From: an uncultured Bacilli bacterium
GTDB taxonomy: Bacteria; Bacillota_I; Bacilli_A; RF39; UBA660
Direction of reading: 5' to 3'
Length of the DNA: 32,431 nt
NCBI GenBank assembly: GCA_947626015.1
Contig: CANQQK010000003.1
Span: forward strand, 1-32,431
The position numbers and the translations under genes were made by a program. The stretch's first letter is position 1; every line of letters starts with the position of its first letter. Under the pieces are notes generated by a model. That model was given only the letters and a program-made list of their open reading frames with translations, did no database searches and was not told where the DNA came from. Below are positions 1-8,484 of the stretch, piece by piece.

Positions 1-34
1 AAGTATATATATGATAATCATTTATGTTTAGAGG

Positions 35-69
35 AATATCTAGAAAACTAATCTTATTAAGTGTATTAT
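35..69 (+). repeat. Direct repeat copy 1 containing a sigma-A-like promoter (TAGAAA-17-TATTAT)
   Basis: AATATCTAGAAAActaATCTTA (35-56) matches 1070-1091 at 19/22 nt. -35 at 41-46, -10 at 64-69. Confidence 0.55.
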
Positions 70-89
70 ATAGCGTAAGGAGATGTATT

Positions 90-1070
90 ATGAAAAAGAT
101 TATGGTATTATTTTTGACAATATTATTATTGAGTGGATGTGGTGCTAGTGAAGAATCTATAACTACTACAACTAATTCTACCATTAATGCTGATGTGGAA
201 ATTAATTCTAAATTTGATATGCAAAGTTATCTTGGAGATGGTGAAATTATTGATGAAGAAGGCAGTTATGATATTTCTAAACTTGGAAAATATTCCCTTA
301 AATTAAAATATCAAGAAAATGGGAAAGAAAAAGATATTATTTTTAATATCAATGTTGTTGATAAACAAAAACCAGTAATTAAATATGAATCCGAATTGAG
401 TACCAAAGTTGGTAAAAAAATTGATCTTTTAAAAGATGTAACAGTTAGTGATAATTCAAAAGAAAAATTGAATGTTAAAGTTGAAGGTGATTATAACTTT
501 AATAAAGTAGGAACTTATAAATTAAAATATGTTGCTATCGATAGTAGTGATAATAAAGCTGAAGAAAATTTTATTTTAAATGTTACGGATGGAAAGACAT
601 CTACTAAGAAAACTACGACAACTTCTAAAAAGACGACGACTACAAAAACAACAACTGAAAGCCCTATTAGTGAAGAGGATAAAAAAGCTGCTAAGGATGC
701 TTTTAAGGAAATTGTTGAAAAGGAAAATGCTCCGTTGAGTGTTAGTTTTGATAGTAGTGGTGCTAGTATAAGTCAGTTAATATTATCTTCTAATTCAGTT
801 AATATGACCTTTACTTATAAGAGCAATAGCAAGAATGAATTTACTATTTTCCATGGAACGGATAACTATTATATTTGTACGGGAGGTGCTAGTACCTTCT
901 CATTATCTAGTATGAGTTGTAAAGATGGTAGTAAGAGTATTAGTTATAATGATTTTTTAAACAAAGAAGGAGATAGTATTAAATATTATAATGAATTTTT
1001 AGGTTATGCTAAAAACATTTATAATGAATTTAAAAAGACTCCATATGATTTTAAATACCTAACCAAGTAA
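90..1070 (+). CDS. Surface lipoprotein with Ig-like (DUF5011-type) repeat(s) and Thr/Lys-rich linker
   Basis: Start moved to ATG 90 (AAGGAG upstream). Signal peptide MKKIMVLFLTILLLSGC has a lipobox. 'DKQKPVI...VTVSDNS...GDYNFNKVGTYKLKYVAIDSSDNKAEENFILNV' matches the Ig-like repeat pattern. Followed by a KTTTT linker. Confidence 0.75.
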   Translation: MKKIMVLFLTILLLSGCGASEESITTTTNSTINADVEINSKFDMQSYLGDGEIIDEEGSYDISKLGKYSLKLKYQENGKEKDIIFNINVVDKQKPVIKYESELSTKVGKKIDLLKDVTVSDNSKEKLNVKVEGDYNFNKVGTYKLKYVAIDSSDNKAEENFILNVTDGKTSTKKTTTTSKKTTTTKTTTESPISEEDKKAAKDAFKEIVEKENAPLSVSFDSSGASISQLILSSNSVNMTFTYKSNSKNEFTIFHGTDNYYICTGGASTFSLSSMSCKDGSKSISYNDFLNKEGDSIKYYNEFLGYAKNIYNEFKKTPYDFKYLTK

Positions 1071-1104
1071 ATATCTAGAAAAAACATCTTAATTATTATA
1101 TAAT
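1070..1104 (+). repeat. Direct repeat copy 2 containing a sigma-A-like promoter (TAGAAA-17-TATAAT)
   Basis: AATATCTAGAAAAaacATCTTA starts at the last base of the lipoprotein stop codon. -35 at 1076-1081, -10 at 1099-1104. Confidence 0.55.
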
Positions 1105-1124
1105 TTTAATAGAGGTGTAATGCT

Positions 1125-1739
1125 ATGACGACTATCTATTTGATGAGACATTCTAAACCTTTTCAAATGCATCGTGGTATTGAGGATTTTAAAGAAGATC
1201 TATTAACAGCAAGTATTAAGTCACCTTTATCTGTAATAGGTGAAAGATTAGCATCTTCTTCAAGTGCTCATCCAGAATTTACTAATCTCGATGCTGTATG
1301 GTCTAGTAATTATGTTAGAGCAATGTGTACAGCTAAATATTTTGCATATCGTAATAAGATTAAGGTCAATATATCGGATAAGATAGGAGAAAGAGTACAT
1401 GGCATAACTTCATGGGATCAATTACCTGAGGACTATGAGATGCGCCAACTTGCTGATGAGAATTATCGTATTAATGATGGTGAAAATCAAAGAGATGTTC
1501 GTAAGCGTATGTATGAATTTATCATGAGTCTTTTAGATAACTATTATGGTCGAAGAGTACTAGTGGTAAGTCATGCAACAGCGATAACTTTTCTTCTTAC
1601 ATCTTGGTGTGAAGTAAGGGATGGCCATATCTATTATCAAGGTAATGAAATATTTAATGGTAAATGGCATTACTGTGAAACATTTAAGTTAACCTTCTCC
1701 GATAATAATGTTTTATTAAATATTGAACATATCGAATAA
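1125..1739 (+). CDS. Histidine phosphatase (phosphoglycerate mutase-like) family protein
   Basis: N-terminal IYLMRHS (RHG-like), SSNYVRAMCTA and LVVSHA motifs. SD GAGGTG. Confidence 0.85.
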   Translation: MTTIYLMRHSKPFQMHRGIEDFKEDLLTASIKSPLSVIGERLASSSSAHPEFTNLDAVWSSNYVRAMCTAKYFAYRNKIKVNISDKIGERVHGITSWDQLPEDYEMRQLADENYRINDGENQRDVRKRMYEFIMSLLDNYYGRRVLVVSHATAITFLLTSWCEVRDGHIYYQGNEIFNGKWHYCETFKLTFSDNNVLLNIEHIE

Positions 1740-1743
1740 ATTG

Positions 1744-1772
1744 TTGACTTTTTAAATAATAATTAATATAAT
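1744..1772 (+). promoter_or_regulatory. sigma-A promoter of ileS leader
   Basis: TTGACT (1744-1749), 17 bp spacer, TATAAT (1767-1772). Confidence 0.85.
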
Positions 1773-1784
1773 GAACCTTGTAAA

Positions 1785-1991
1785 GCAATTGATGAAGACG
1801 TCAAATATGGGATTTTATAGAGAAACTGTGGTTGGTGGAAACAGGGAAATGAAGATATTTGAAGATCACTTCGGATGCGATTTAGGGATAATCTAAATAC
1901 GTTACTCGCGTTAAGAGAATAAGTGCATGAATAAATCATGAATTAAGGTGGTACCACGGAAATATCCGTCCTTTAATTTATGATTTTTTTT
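1785..1991 (+). ncRNA. T-box riboswitch, Ile specifier (AUC)
   Basis: Stem I has an AGAGA bulge (1819-1823), GGTGGAA loop and specifier ATC (1865-1867). Stem IIA/B CTC-GCGTTAA-GAG. Stem III CATGA/TCATG. T-box AAGGTGGTACCACGG with antiterminator AAGG-TGGTACC-ACGG/CCGT-CCTT. U-tract 1984-1991. Confidence 0.93.
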
Positions 1992-2014
1992 ATTTTATTA
2001 GAAAGGATGTTATT

Positions 2015-5000
2015 ATGAAAAATTTTAAAGAATTAGATCGTCGTAGTGTTCATGAAGTTGAAAGTTCGATCTTAGATGAATGGAAGAAGATGAATATCCT
2101 TGATATGACCATTAAAAATCGTGATGGTAAAAAAGATTGGGTATTCTATGATGGACCAATATATGCTAATGCTAAACCAGGAATCCATCATGTTTTAGCT
2201 AAAGCTATTAAGGATTCTTTTTGTAAATATAAAACGATGCAAGGTTATCGTGTTTTAAGAAAGATTGGTCTTGATACTCATGGCCTACCAATTGAAGTTA
2301 ATGTTGAAAAGAAACTAGGCTTTAAGACGAAAGCTGATATCGAAGCTTTCGGTATTGAAAATTTCTGTAAGGAATGTAATAAAGCAACCGCATTAAATAT
2401 CGATGAAATAAATTTAGTTACAGATATGATGGGACAATTTATCGATTGTGATCATCCTTATGTAACTTGTAGTAATGAATTTATTGAATCTGAATGGTGG
2501 ATTTTAAAAGAAATGGATAAAAAGGGAGTCTTATATCATGGTGATAAAGTATTACCTTATTGTCCTCGTTGTGGTACGGAATTATCTGCTAATGAAGTAT
2601 CTCAAGGTTATGAAAATGTTTCTGTAAATACGGTTATTGTTCCTTTTAAGAGAGTTGATAGTGATGAATATTTCTTAGTATGGACAACAACTCCTTGGAC
2701 ATTACTTGCTAATGTAGCAATCTGTGTTAATCCTAATATGACCTATGTTAAAGTAGAATCTATGGGTTATAAATTTATTATTGCTGAATCTTTAGCTAAC
2801 AAAGTATTAGGTGATGAATTTAAAGTCTTAGATACGTTTGTTGGTACGGATTTAGTTGGTATAAAATATGAACAATTATTACCTTTTGTTAAGGTTGAAG
2901 GTAAAGCATTTGAGGTTATAGCTGATGATTATGTTACTGCTGAAGATGGTACGGGTATTGTTCATATTGCTCCAGCATATGGTGTTGATGATAATCGTGT
3001 ATGTGCTGAAAATGGTATTGCTTTTGTTAATCCAGTTGGTAAGGACGGATGTTATACTGAAGGACCTTGGAAGGGTACATTAGTTACCTCTCCGGACTTA
3101 GAGTTAGATATCATCAAATACTTAAAGGAAAATGATAAATTATTTAAGAAGATTAAGATGAACCATGATTACCCACATTGTTGGCGTTGTCATTCTCCAC
3201 TAATCTATTTCACTAAACCTGCTTGGTATATTAGAACAACCCAATATAAGAAAGAGATTATTGAAGCTAATAAGAGTGTTAATTGGTATCCAGAATTCGT
3301 AGGTACTAAAAGATTCAATAACTGGCTTGAAAATATGGTTGACTGGGGTATCAGTCGTAACCGTTATTGGGGTTGCCCAATGCCTATTTGGATCTGTGAT
3401 GATTGTGGTGAAAAACATGTTATTGGTTCAATAAAAGAATTACAAGATATGTTGATCGAAGATGTTGATGTATCAAAGATGGAATTACATCGTCCATATG
3501 TTGATGATCTTCATCTAAAATGTCCACATTGTAATGGTCGTATGACAAGAGTAATCGATGTAATGGATGTATGGTTCGATTCTGGTGCTATGCCATATGC
3601 TTCCTTCCATTATCCATTTGAAAATAAAGAATTGTTTGAAAGTCAATTCCCAGCTGATTTCATTGCTGAAGGAGTCGATCAAACGCGTGGTTGGTTCAAT
3701 GCTTTAATCTGTATATCAACAATTATTTCTGGTAAATCAAGTTTTAAAAATGTTGTTGTAAATGATATGGTCTTGGATGCTAATGGTAAGAAGATGAGTA
3801 AATCAACAGGTAATGTTGTTGATCCAACCGTTGCTTTAACGCAATATGGTGCTGATAATGTTAGATGGTATATGTTCTATGCCTCTCCGGTATGGACACC
3901 ACTTAAATATGATGAAGCTGGTGTTAAAGAAGTTCATTCTAAATTCTTTAACCCATTTAAGAATACTTATTCATTCTTCCAAATGTATGCTAATATCGAT
4001 CATATCGATATCGATGATTGTAAGGTACCTTACGCTAAACGTGAAGAAATCGATAAATGGTTATTGAGTAAGTATCATAAACTACTAAAGAATGTTACGG
4101 ATGCTTATGAAAAATATGATTTAAATGAAGTCGTTAAACTTATAACTTCATTCGTATCTGAAGATTTATCTAATTGGTATATTCGTCGTAATCGTAATCG
4201 TTTCTGGGCTAGTACTTTAGATAATTCTAAGAAGTCTGTTTATATGACAACCTATGAAGTATTAGTTGGTCTATGTAAGATGTGTGCCCCAATTATTCCA
4301 TATACTACCGAAGAGATATATCGTAATTTAACGGGTGAAAAATCAGTTCATCTTGCTGACTTCCCTAAATATGATAAGAAACTTATCAATGAAGAAGTTG
4401 AAGTTCGTATGGACTTAGTAAGAGATTTAATCTCTACAGGTCGTTATGTTCGTGAAGAAACTAAGATTAAAGTTCGTCAACCAATTGCTGAATGTTTAAT
4501 CGATGGTAAATATGAAAGCATTTTAGGTGACTTAGTAAATCTAATCAAAGAGGAATTAAATGTTAAAAAAGTAACCTATGTTGATGATTTATCTAAGTAT
4601 ATGAACTTTACGATTAAACCTAACTTTAAGATTTGTGGTGCTATCTTAGGATCAAAGATGAAGGAATATCAAAATGCTTTATTAGATCTAAGTAATGAAG
4701 ATATTGAATCAATATTAAAAGAAGAAACGATAACGATCGATTTCGATGGAGGAAGATTAGATATAACTCCTGATATGGTTGATGTTCGTATTGAATCTAA
4801 AGAAGGATTTAATGTTGGTATGGAGAATAATAAATTCATTATTCTTAATACCGAATTAACTCGTGATTTAATCCTTGAAGGATTAGCTAGAGAATTTGTA
4901 TCTAAGGTCCAAAATATGCGTAAGACTTCCGGATTTGAAATTGCTGATCGTATTAAACTTTATTATCAAGGTGATGATGAAGTATTAGAAGCTTTAGATA

Positions 5001-5116
5001 GCTTTAAAGACTATGTCAAAGATGAAACCCTTGCTACTACTTATGAAGTTAAAGATGGTGGGGAAGTCGTTGATATCAATGGTCATGAAGTTAAAGTAAG
5101 TATTGAAAAAGAATAG
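2015..5116 (+). CDS. ileS: Isoleucine--tRNA ligase, type 2 (IleRS2) with GIHH signature
   Basis: DGP..AN..PGIHH, WTTTPWTL editing motif, DWGISRNRYWG (type 2), KMSKS, 1033 aa with type-2 C-terminus. Ile T-box upstream. Confidence 0.97.
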   Translation: MKNFKELDRRSVHEVESSILDEWKKMNILDMTIKNRDGKKDWVFYDGPIYANAKPGIHHVLAKAIKDSFCKYKTMQGYRVLRKIGLDTHGLPIEVNVEKKLGFKTKADIEAFGIENFCKECNKATALNIDEINLVTDMMGQFIDCDHPYVTCSNEFIESEWWILKEMDKKGVLYHGDKVLPYCPRCGTELSANEVSQGYENVSVNTVIVPFKRVDSDEYFLVWTTTPWTLLANVAICVNPNMTYVKVESMGYKFIIAESLANKVLGDEFKVLDTFVGTDLVGIKYEQLLPFVKVEGKAFEVIADDYVTAEDGTGIVHIAPAYGVDDNRVCAENGIAFVNPVGKDGCYTEGPWKGTLVTSPDLELDIIKYLKENDKLFKKIKMNHDYPHCWRCHSPLIYFTKPAWYIRTTQYKKEIIEANKSVNWYPEFVGTKRFNNWLENMVDWGISRNRYWGCPMPIWICDDCGEKHVIGSIKELQDMLIEDVDVSKMELHRPYVDDLHLKCPHCNGRMTRVIDVMDVWFDSGAMPYASFHYPFENKELFESQFPADFIAEGVDQTRGWFNALICISTIISGKSSFKNVVVNDMVLDANGKKMSKSTGNVVDPTVALTQYGADNVRWYMFYASPVWTPLKYDEAGVKEVHSKFFNPFKNTYSFFQMYANIDHIDIDDCKVPYAKREEIDKWLLSKYHKLLKNVTDAYEKYDLNEVVKLITSFVSEDLSNWYIRRNRNRFWASTLDNSKKSVYMTTYEVLVGLCKMCAPIIPYTTEEIYRNLTGEKSVHLADFPKYDKKLINEEVEVRMDLVRDLISTGRYVREETKIKVRQPIAECLIDGKYESILGDLVNLIKEELNVKKVTYVDDLSKYMNFTIKPNFKICGAILGSKMKEYQNALLDLSNEDIESILKEETITIDFDGGRLDITPDMVDVRIESKEGFNVGMENNKFIILNTELTRDLILEGLAREFVSKVQNMRKTSGFEIADRIKLYYQGDDEVLEALDSFKDYVKDETLATTYEVKDGGEVVDINGHEVKVSIEKE

Positions 5117-5118
5117 AT

Positions 5119-5144
5119 AAAAAGGGACGTTTAAGTCTCTTTTT
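5119..5144 (+). terminator. Intrinsic terminator after ileS
   Basis: AAAAAGGGAC-GTTTAA-GTCTCTTTTT hairpin with U-tract. Confidence 0.8.
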
Positions 5145-5169
5145 GTCTTATAATAAAGGTGGTGATGAT

Positions 5170-5907
5170 ATGGCTTTAGATTCCAAGTTATTTGTAACGA
5201 AGATTTTCTTAGATCGTGATCATATCGAAAGTTTTGAAGAGTATCCTTTTAATATCCCGGTTGTTAAGAATTTTGAAAGTATTACTTTAAAGAGTCCGGT
5301 AACCTTTTTCGTAGGTGAAAATGGAATTGGTAAATCAACATTTATCGAAGCTATTGCAGTATCTTTGGGATTAAACCCTGAAGGAGGATCGCAACACTTT
5401 AATTTTAAAACGAGGGAAACTCATTCTAGTTTATCGGATTTTTTACATGTGCAAACATTTAATAAACCATCAACGAAGTTTTTCTTAAGAGCCGAAAGTT
5501 TTTATAATGTTGCTAGTGAAGTCGTAAGGATTGAAGAGGAAAGTCATAGTGGTCTGTATGATGCTTATGGGGGAAATCCTCATGAATGCTCCCATGGGGA
5601 ATCTTTTATCAAACTTGTCCAAAATCGCTTTTTCCCCAATGGACTTTATATCCTTGATGAACCGGAAGCTGCGTTATCACCGCAAAGACAGATGAGTTTA
5701 TTATGTCTTATCAATGATTTGGTGGAAAAGGGAAGTCAATTTATTATTGCTACACATTCACCAATTTTGATATCATATCGTAAAGGAGTAATCCTTGATT
5801 TAGATAATGATTTTAAAGAGACTGCTTATCAAGATACGGAGATCTATCACCTATATAAAATGTATTTAGATGATCCCGATGGTATGCAAAGTCGTCTTTT
5901 TGATTAA
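5170..5907 (+). CDS. Stand-alone ABC/AAA-type ATPase (predicted ATPase, COG3910-like)
   Basis: Walker A GENGIGKST, SHGE signature, Walker B YILDEPE, H-loop ATHS. Start placed at ATG 5170 after GGTGGTGA. Confidence 0.85.
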   Translation: MALDSKLFVTKIFLDRDHIESFEEYPFNIPVVKNFESITLKSPVTFFVGENGIGKSTFIEAIAVSLGLNPEGGSQHFNFKTRETHSSLSDFLHVQTFNKPSTKFFLRAESFYNVASEVVRIEEESHSGLYDAYGGNPHECSHGESFIKLVQNRFFPNGLYILDEPEAALSPQRQMSLLCLINDLVEKGSQFIIATHSPILISYRKGVILDLDNDFKETAYQDTEIYHLYKMYLDDPDGMQSRLFD

Positions 5908-5927
5908 TAATAGATGGGAGTTTTGTT

Positions 5928-6824
5928 ATGGAAAAGAAAATGAGTTCTAGTGTAGTTACTAAGGTTTTATATGAAAACCTAAGAAACTTTTTAAAGGATA
6001 AGAAAAGAATACCTCATATCGTTGATATTTCTATCGGTGATGATTTTGGTGGTGAGATGTATGCCAAGATGAAGAAGAAACGTATTGAAAGTGAAACGGG
6101 TATTGGTTTTCAAAGTGTGCATTTTTCCGACATTGAATTAGGTTCTTTGATCAATTATATTATCGATTTAAATAAGAATGAAGAAGTTGATGGTATCATG
6201 CTTCAATTACCATTACCGGGTGAGTTACATCAATTTGAAAGGATGATTTTGGATTTTATCGATCCCAGTAAAGATGTCGATGGGCTTACAAGTGCATCTC
6301 TAGGTAATCTTGCGAGCGGGAAGGATGGCTTTGTTGCTTGTACTTCCTTGGGTATTGAAACACTACTTAAGAGCTATGATGTACGCCTTGATGGTAGTTT
6401 GGTCGGAATCATCAATCGTACGAATGTTGTTGGTAAACCCCTAGCAGAGATTTTGCTTCGTGATAATGCGACACCGATTATTATGCATTCCCATACGCGT
6501 CATCTAAGTGATGTGACTAAGAACTGTGACATTTTGGTGGCGGCTTTAAACAGACGTGAAAAGATAACGAGTGAATATGTTAAGGATGGCGCCGTCGTTA
6601 TCGATGTTGGTGTTCATAAGAATGAAGAAGGTAAGACGGTTGGGGACGTGTTATATGATGATGTGTATCCGAAAGCCTCTCTTATTACGCCACCAACTGG
6701 TGCTGTTGGTCCAATGACCATTTGTATGCTTGCTTATAATGCGACGAAGAGTTGTTATGGTAGCCCCGTTAATGAATTACTCGATGAAGGTATCGAAGAA
6801 GCTAAGAAGTTAATTTTAAAGTAG
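5928..6824 (+). CDS. folD: Bifunctional methylenetetrahydrofolate dehydrogenase/cyclohydrolase (divergent)
   Basis: YxxxK (YAKMK), DGIMLQLPLP, KDVDG, VIDVG and TPPTGAVGPMT motifs. Confidence 0.9.
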   Translation: MEKKMSSSVVTKVLYENLRNFLKDKKRIPHIVDISIGDDFGGEMYAKMKKKRIESETGIGFQSVHFSDIELGSLINYIIDLNKNEEVDGIMLQLPLPGELHQFERMILDFIDPSKDVDGLTSASLGNLASGKDGFVACTSLGIETLLKSYDVRLDGSLVGIINRTNVVGKPLAEILLRDNATPIIMHSHTRHLSDVTKNCDILVAALNRREKITSEYVKDGAVVIDVGVHKNEEGKTVGDVLYDDVYPKASLITPPTGAVGPMTICMLAYNATKSCYGSPVNELLDEGIEEAKKLILK

Positions 6825-6832
6825 GTGGAAAT

Positions 6833-7312
6833 ATGCGTGGAACTTTTTTATCAGCAATCTATATGCTAATTCATAATGAAGAAGGAAAAATTCTTTTACA
6901 AAGAAGACAAGGAACGAAGTTATGGCCAGGATTTCTTGCTTTGCCTGCCGGTCATGTGGATCCGGGAGAAAATGCTTACGAAGCTTTGGTTAGGGAAGCT
7001 AAGGAAGAACTAGGAATCGAAGTAGCAGTGGAAGATATATGTGATGTCTTCGTCGTTAATCGTCGTAATAGTAAGATTGAACCATATTATGATGTTTATT
7101 TCGATTTGCGTAGTTATCAAGGTGATATTAAGGTGATGGAACCCGAGAAGTGTTCGGCACTTATATGGTGTGATATCGATAACTTACCCGATGATATGAT
7201 CGACTTTGAAAGAAAAGCCATCGAAGAAAATCAAAAAGGTCATAAATTCAGTGTCATCGATGTCGATGTTGACAAGAGTATGTCTTTAAAGAAAGTACCA
7301 AAGAATGAATAA
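6833..7312 (+). CDS. NUDIX hydrolase
   Basis: Nudix box GHVDPGENAYEALVREAKEELGI and EPEKC motif. Confidence 0.92.
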   Translation: MRGTFLSAIYMLIHNEEGKILLQRRQGTKLWPGFLALPAGHVDPGENAYEALVREAKEELGIEVAVEDICDVFVVNRRNSKIEPYYDVYFDLRSYQGDIKVMEPEKCSALIWCDIDNLPDDMIDFERKAIEENQKGHKFSVIDVDVDKSMSLKKVPKNE

Positions 7313-7323
7313 TCATTCTTTTT
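7300..7323 (+). terminator. Intrinsic terminator after NUDIX gene
   Basis: AAAGAATGA-ATAA-TCATTCTTT followed by Ts. Confidence 0.65.
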
Positions 7324-7364
7324 CTTTAACTTTAAATATGCTAAAATTATAGTGAGGTGTTCAT

Positions 7365-8484
7365 ATGAATAATCAAGAATTAATAAGTCATTATGAAAAA
7401 TGCAAAGAACGTCTAGAATCTATTGGGAGGTCACTTTGACATTGCTAGTAAAAGAGAATCTTTAAAAACTCTCGAAGCGGAGTTTAATGACCCCGCATTA
7501 TGGAATAATCCAGAATATGCTAATGAACTAGCAAAGAAGATATCGAATATTAAAAAAGATATATCTAAATATGATACTCTATTATCAAATATCGATATGA
7601 ATATGGATATGTTAAAGATGCCTGATATCGAAGATGAATACCTTAAAGATATCACTTCTTCTTTAGAAAGTATAACCAAAGAGGTTGAAGAGTTAGAAGT
7701 CGAAACCCTTTTAGATGGGGAATTTGATAATCATAATTGCTATTTGGAAATTCATCCCGGAGCTGGTGGTACAGAATCATGTGATTGGTCCGATATGCTT
7801 CTAAGAATGTATACGATGTTTCTTACGAACTTTGGTTATAAGTATCAAGTTATCGACAAGCAGAAGGGTGAAGAAGCTGGTATTAAAAGCGTTATGTTAT
7901 ATGTCGAAGGTGATTATGCTTACGGATATTTAAAGAGTGAGATTGGGGTTCATCGTTTGGTGCGTATTTCTCCATTTGATTCCAATGCTCGTCGTCATAC
8001 TTCCTTTGCTGCGGTCAATGTTACTCCAGAGATAACAGATACTTTAGATATCGTTATCAAGGATGAAGATATTCGTGTCGATGTGTATCGCAGTAGTGGT
8101 AATGGTGGTCAAGGAGTAAATACTACCGATTCGGCAGTAAGAATAACCCACTTACCTAGTGGTATTGTGGTAACCGTTCAAAATGAACGAAGTCAAATAA
8201 AGAATAAAGAGATTGCGTTATCGATCCTTAAGAGTAAACTTAAGAAAATCGAACTCGATAAAAGAAATGCGGAAATCTATTCTTTAAAAGGTAATGATAA
8301 TATTAATTTCGGTAGTCAAATTAGAAATTATGTCTTAGAACCATATAGTTTGGTTAAAGACTTAAGAACTAATTATGAATCCAATATGCCTTTAAAAGTA
8401 TTGGATGGTGATCTCTATCCATTTATTGAAGCATTTTTGAGGTTGAAAGGTGATAAAAATGGCCAAGATAGTAAGAATATTTAA
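7365..8484 (+). CDS. prfB: Peptide chain release factor 2, translated via programmed +1 frameshift (join 7365-7436, 7438-8484)
   Basis: A 24-codon first frame MNNQELISHYEKCKERLESIGRSL ends at CTT TGA C. The second frame has the SPF and GGQ motifs. Confidence 0.96.
7425..7440 (+). promoter_or_regulatory. RF2 autoregulatory frameshift site
   Basis: Internal SD GGGAGG, 3 nt spacer, then CTT TGA C (7434-7440). Confidence 0.96.

Noticed and set aside
592-660. ACN/AAR-rich tandem-like sequence
   Set aside because: Low-complexity Thr/Lys linker with varied codons, not a DNA-level repeat or CRISPR.
7423-7440. prfB as a truncated ORF or pseudogene
   Set aside because: It is the canonical programmed frameshift.
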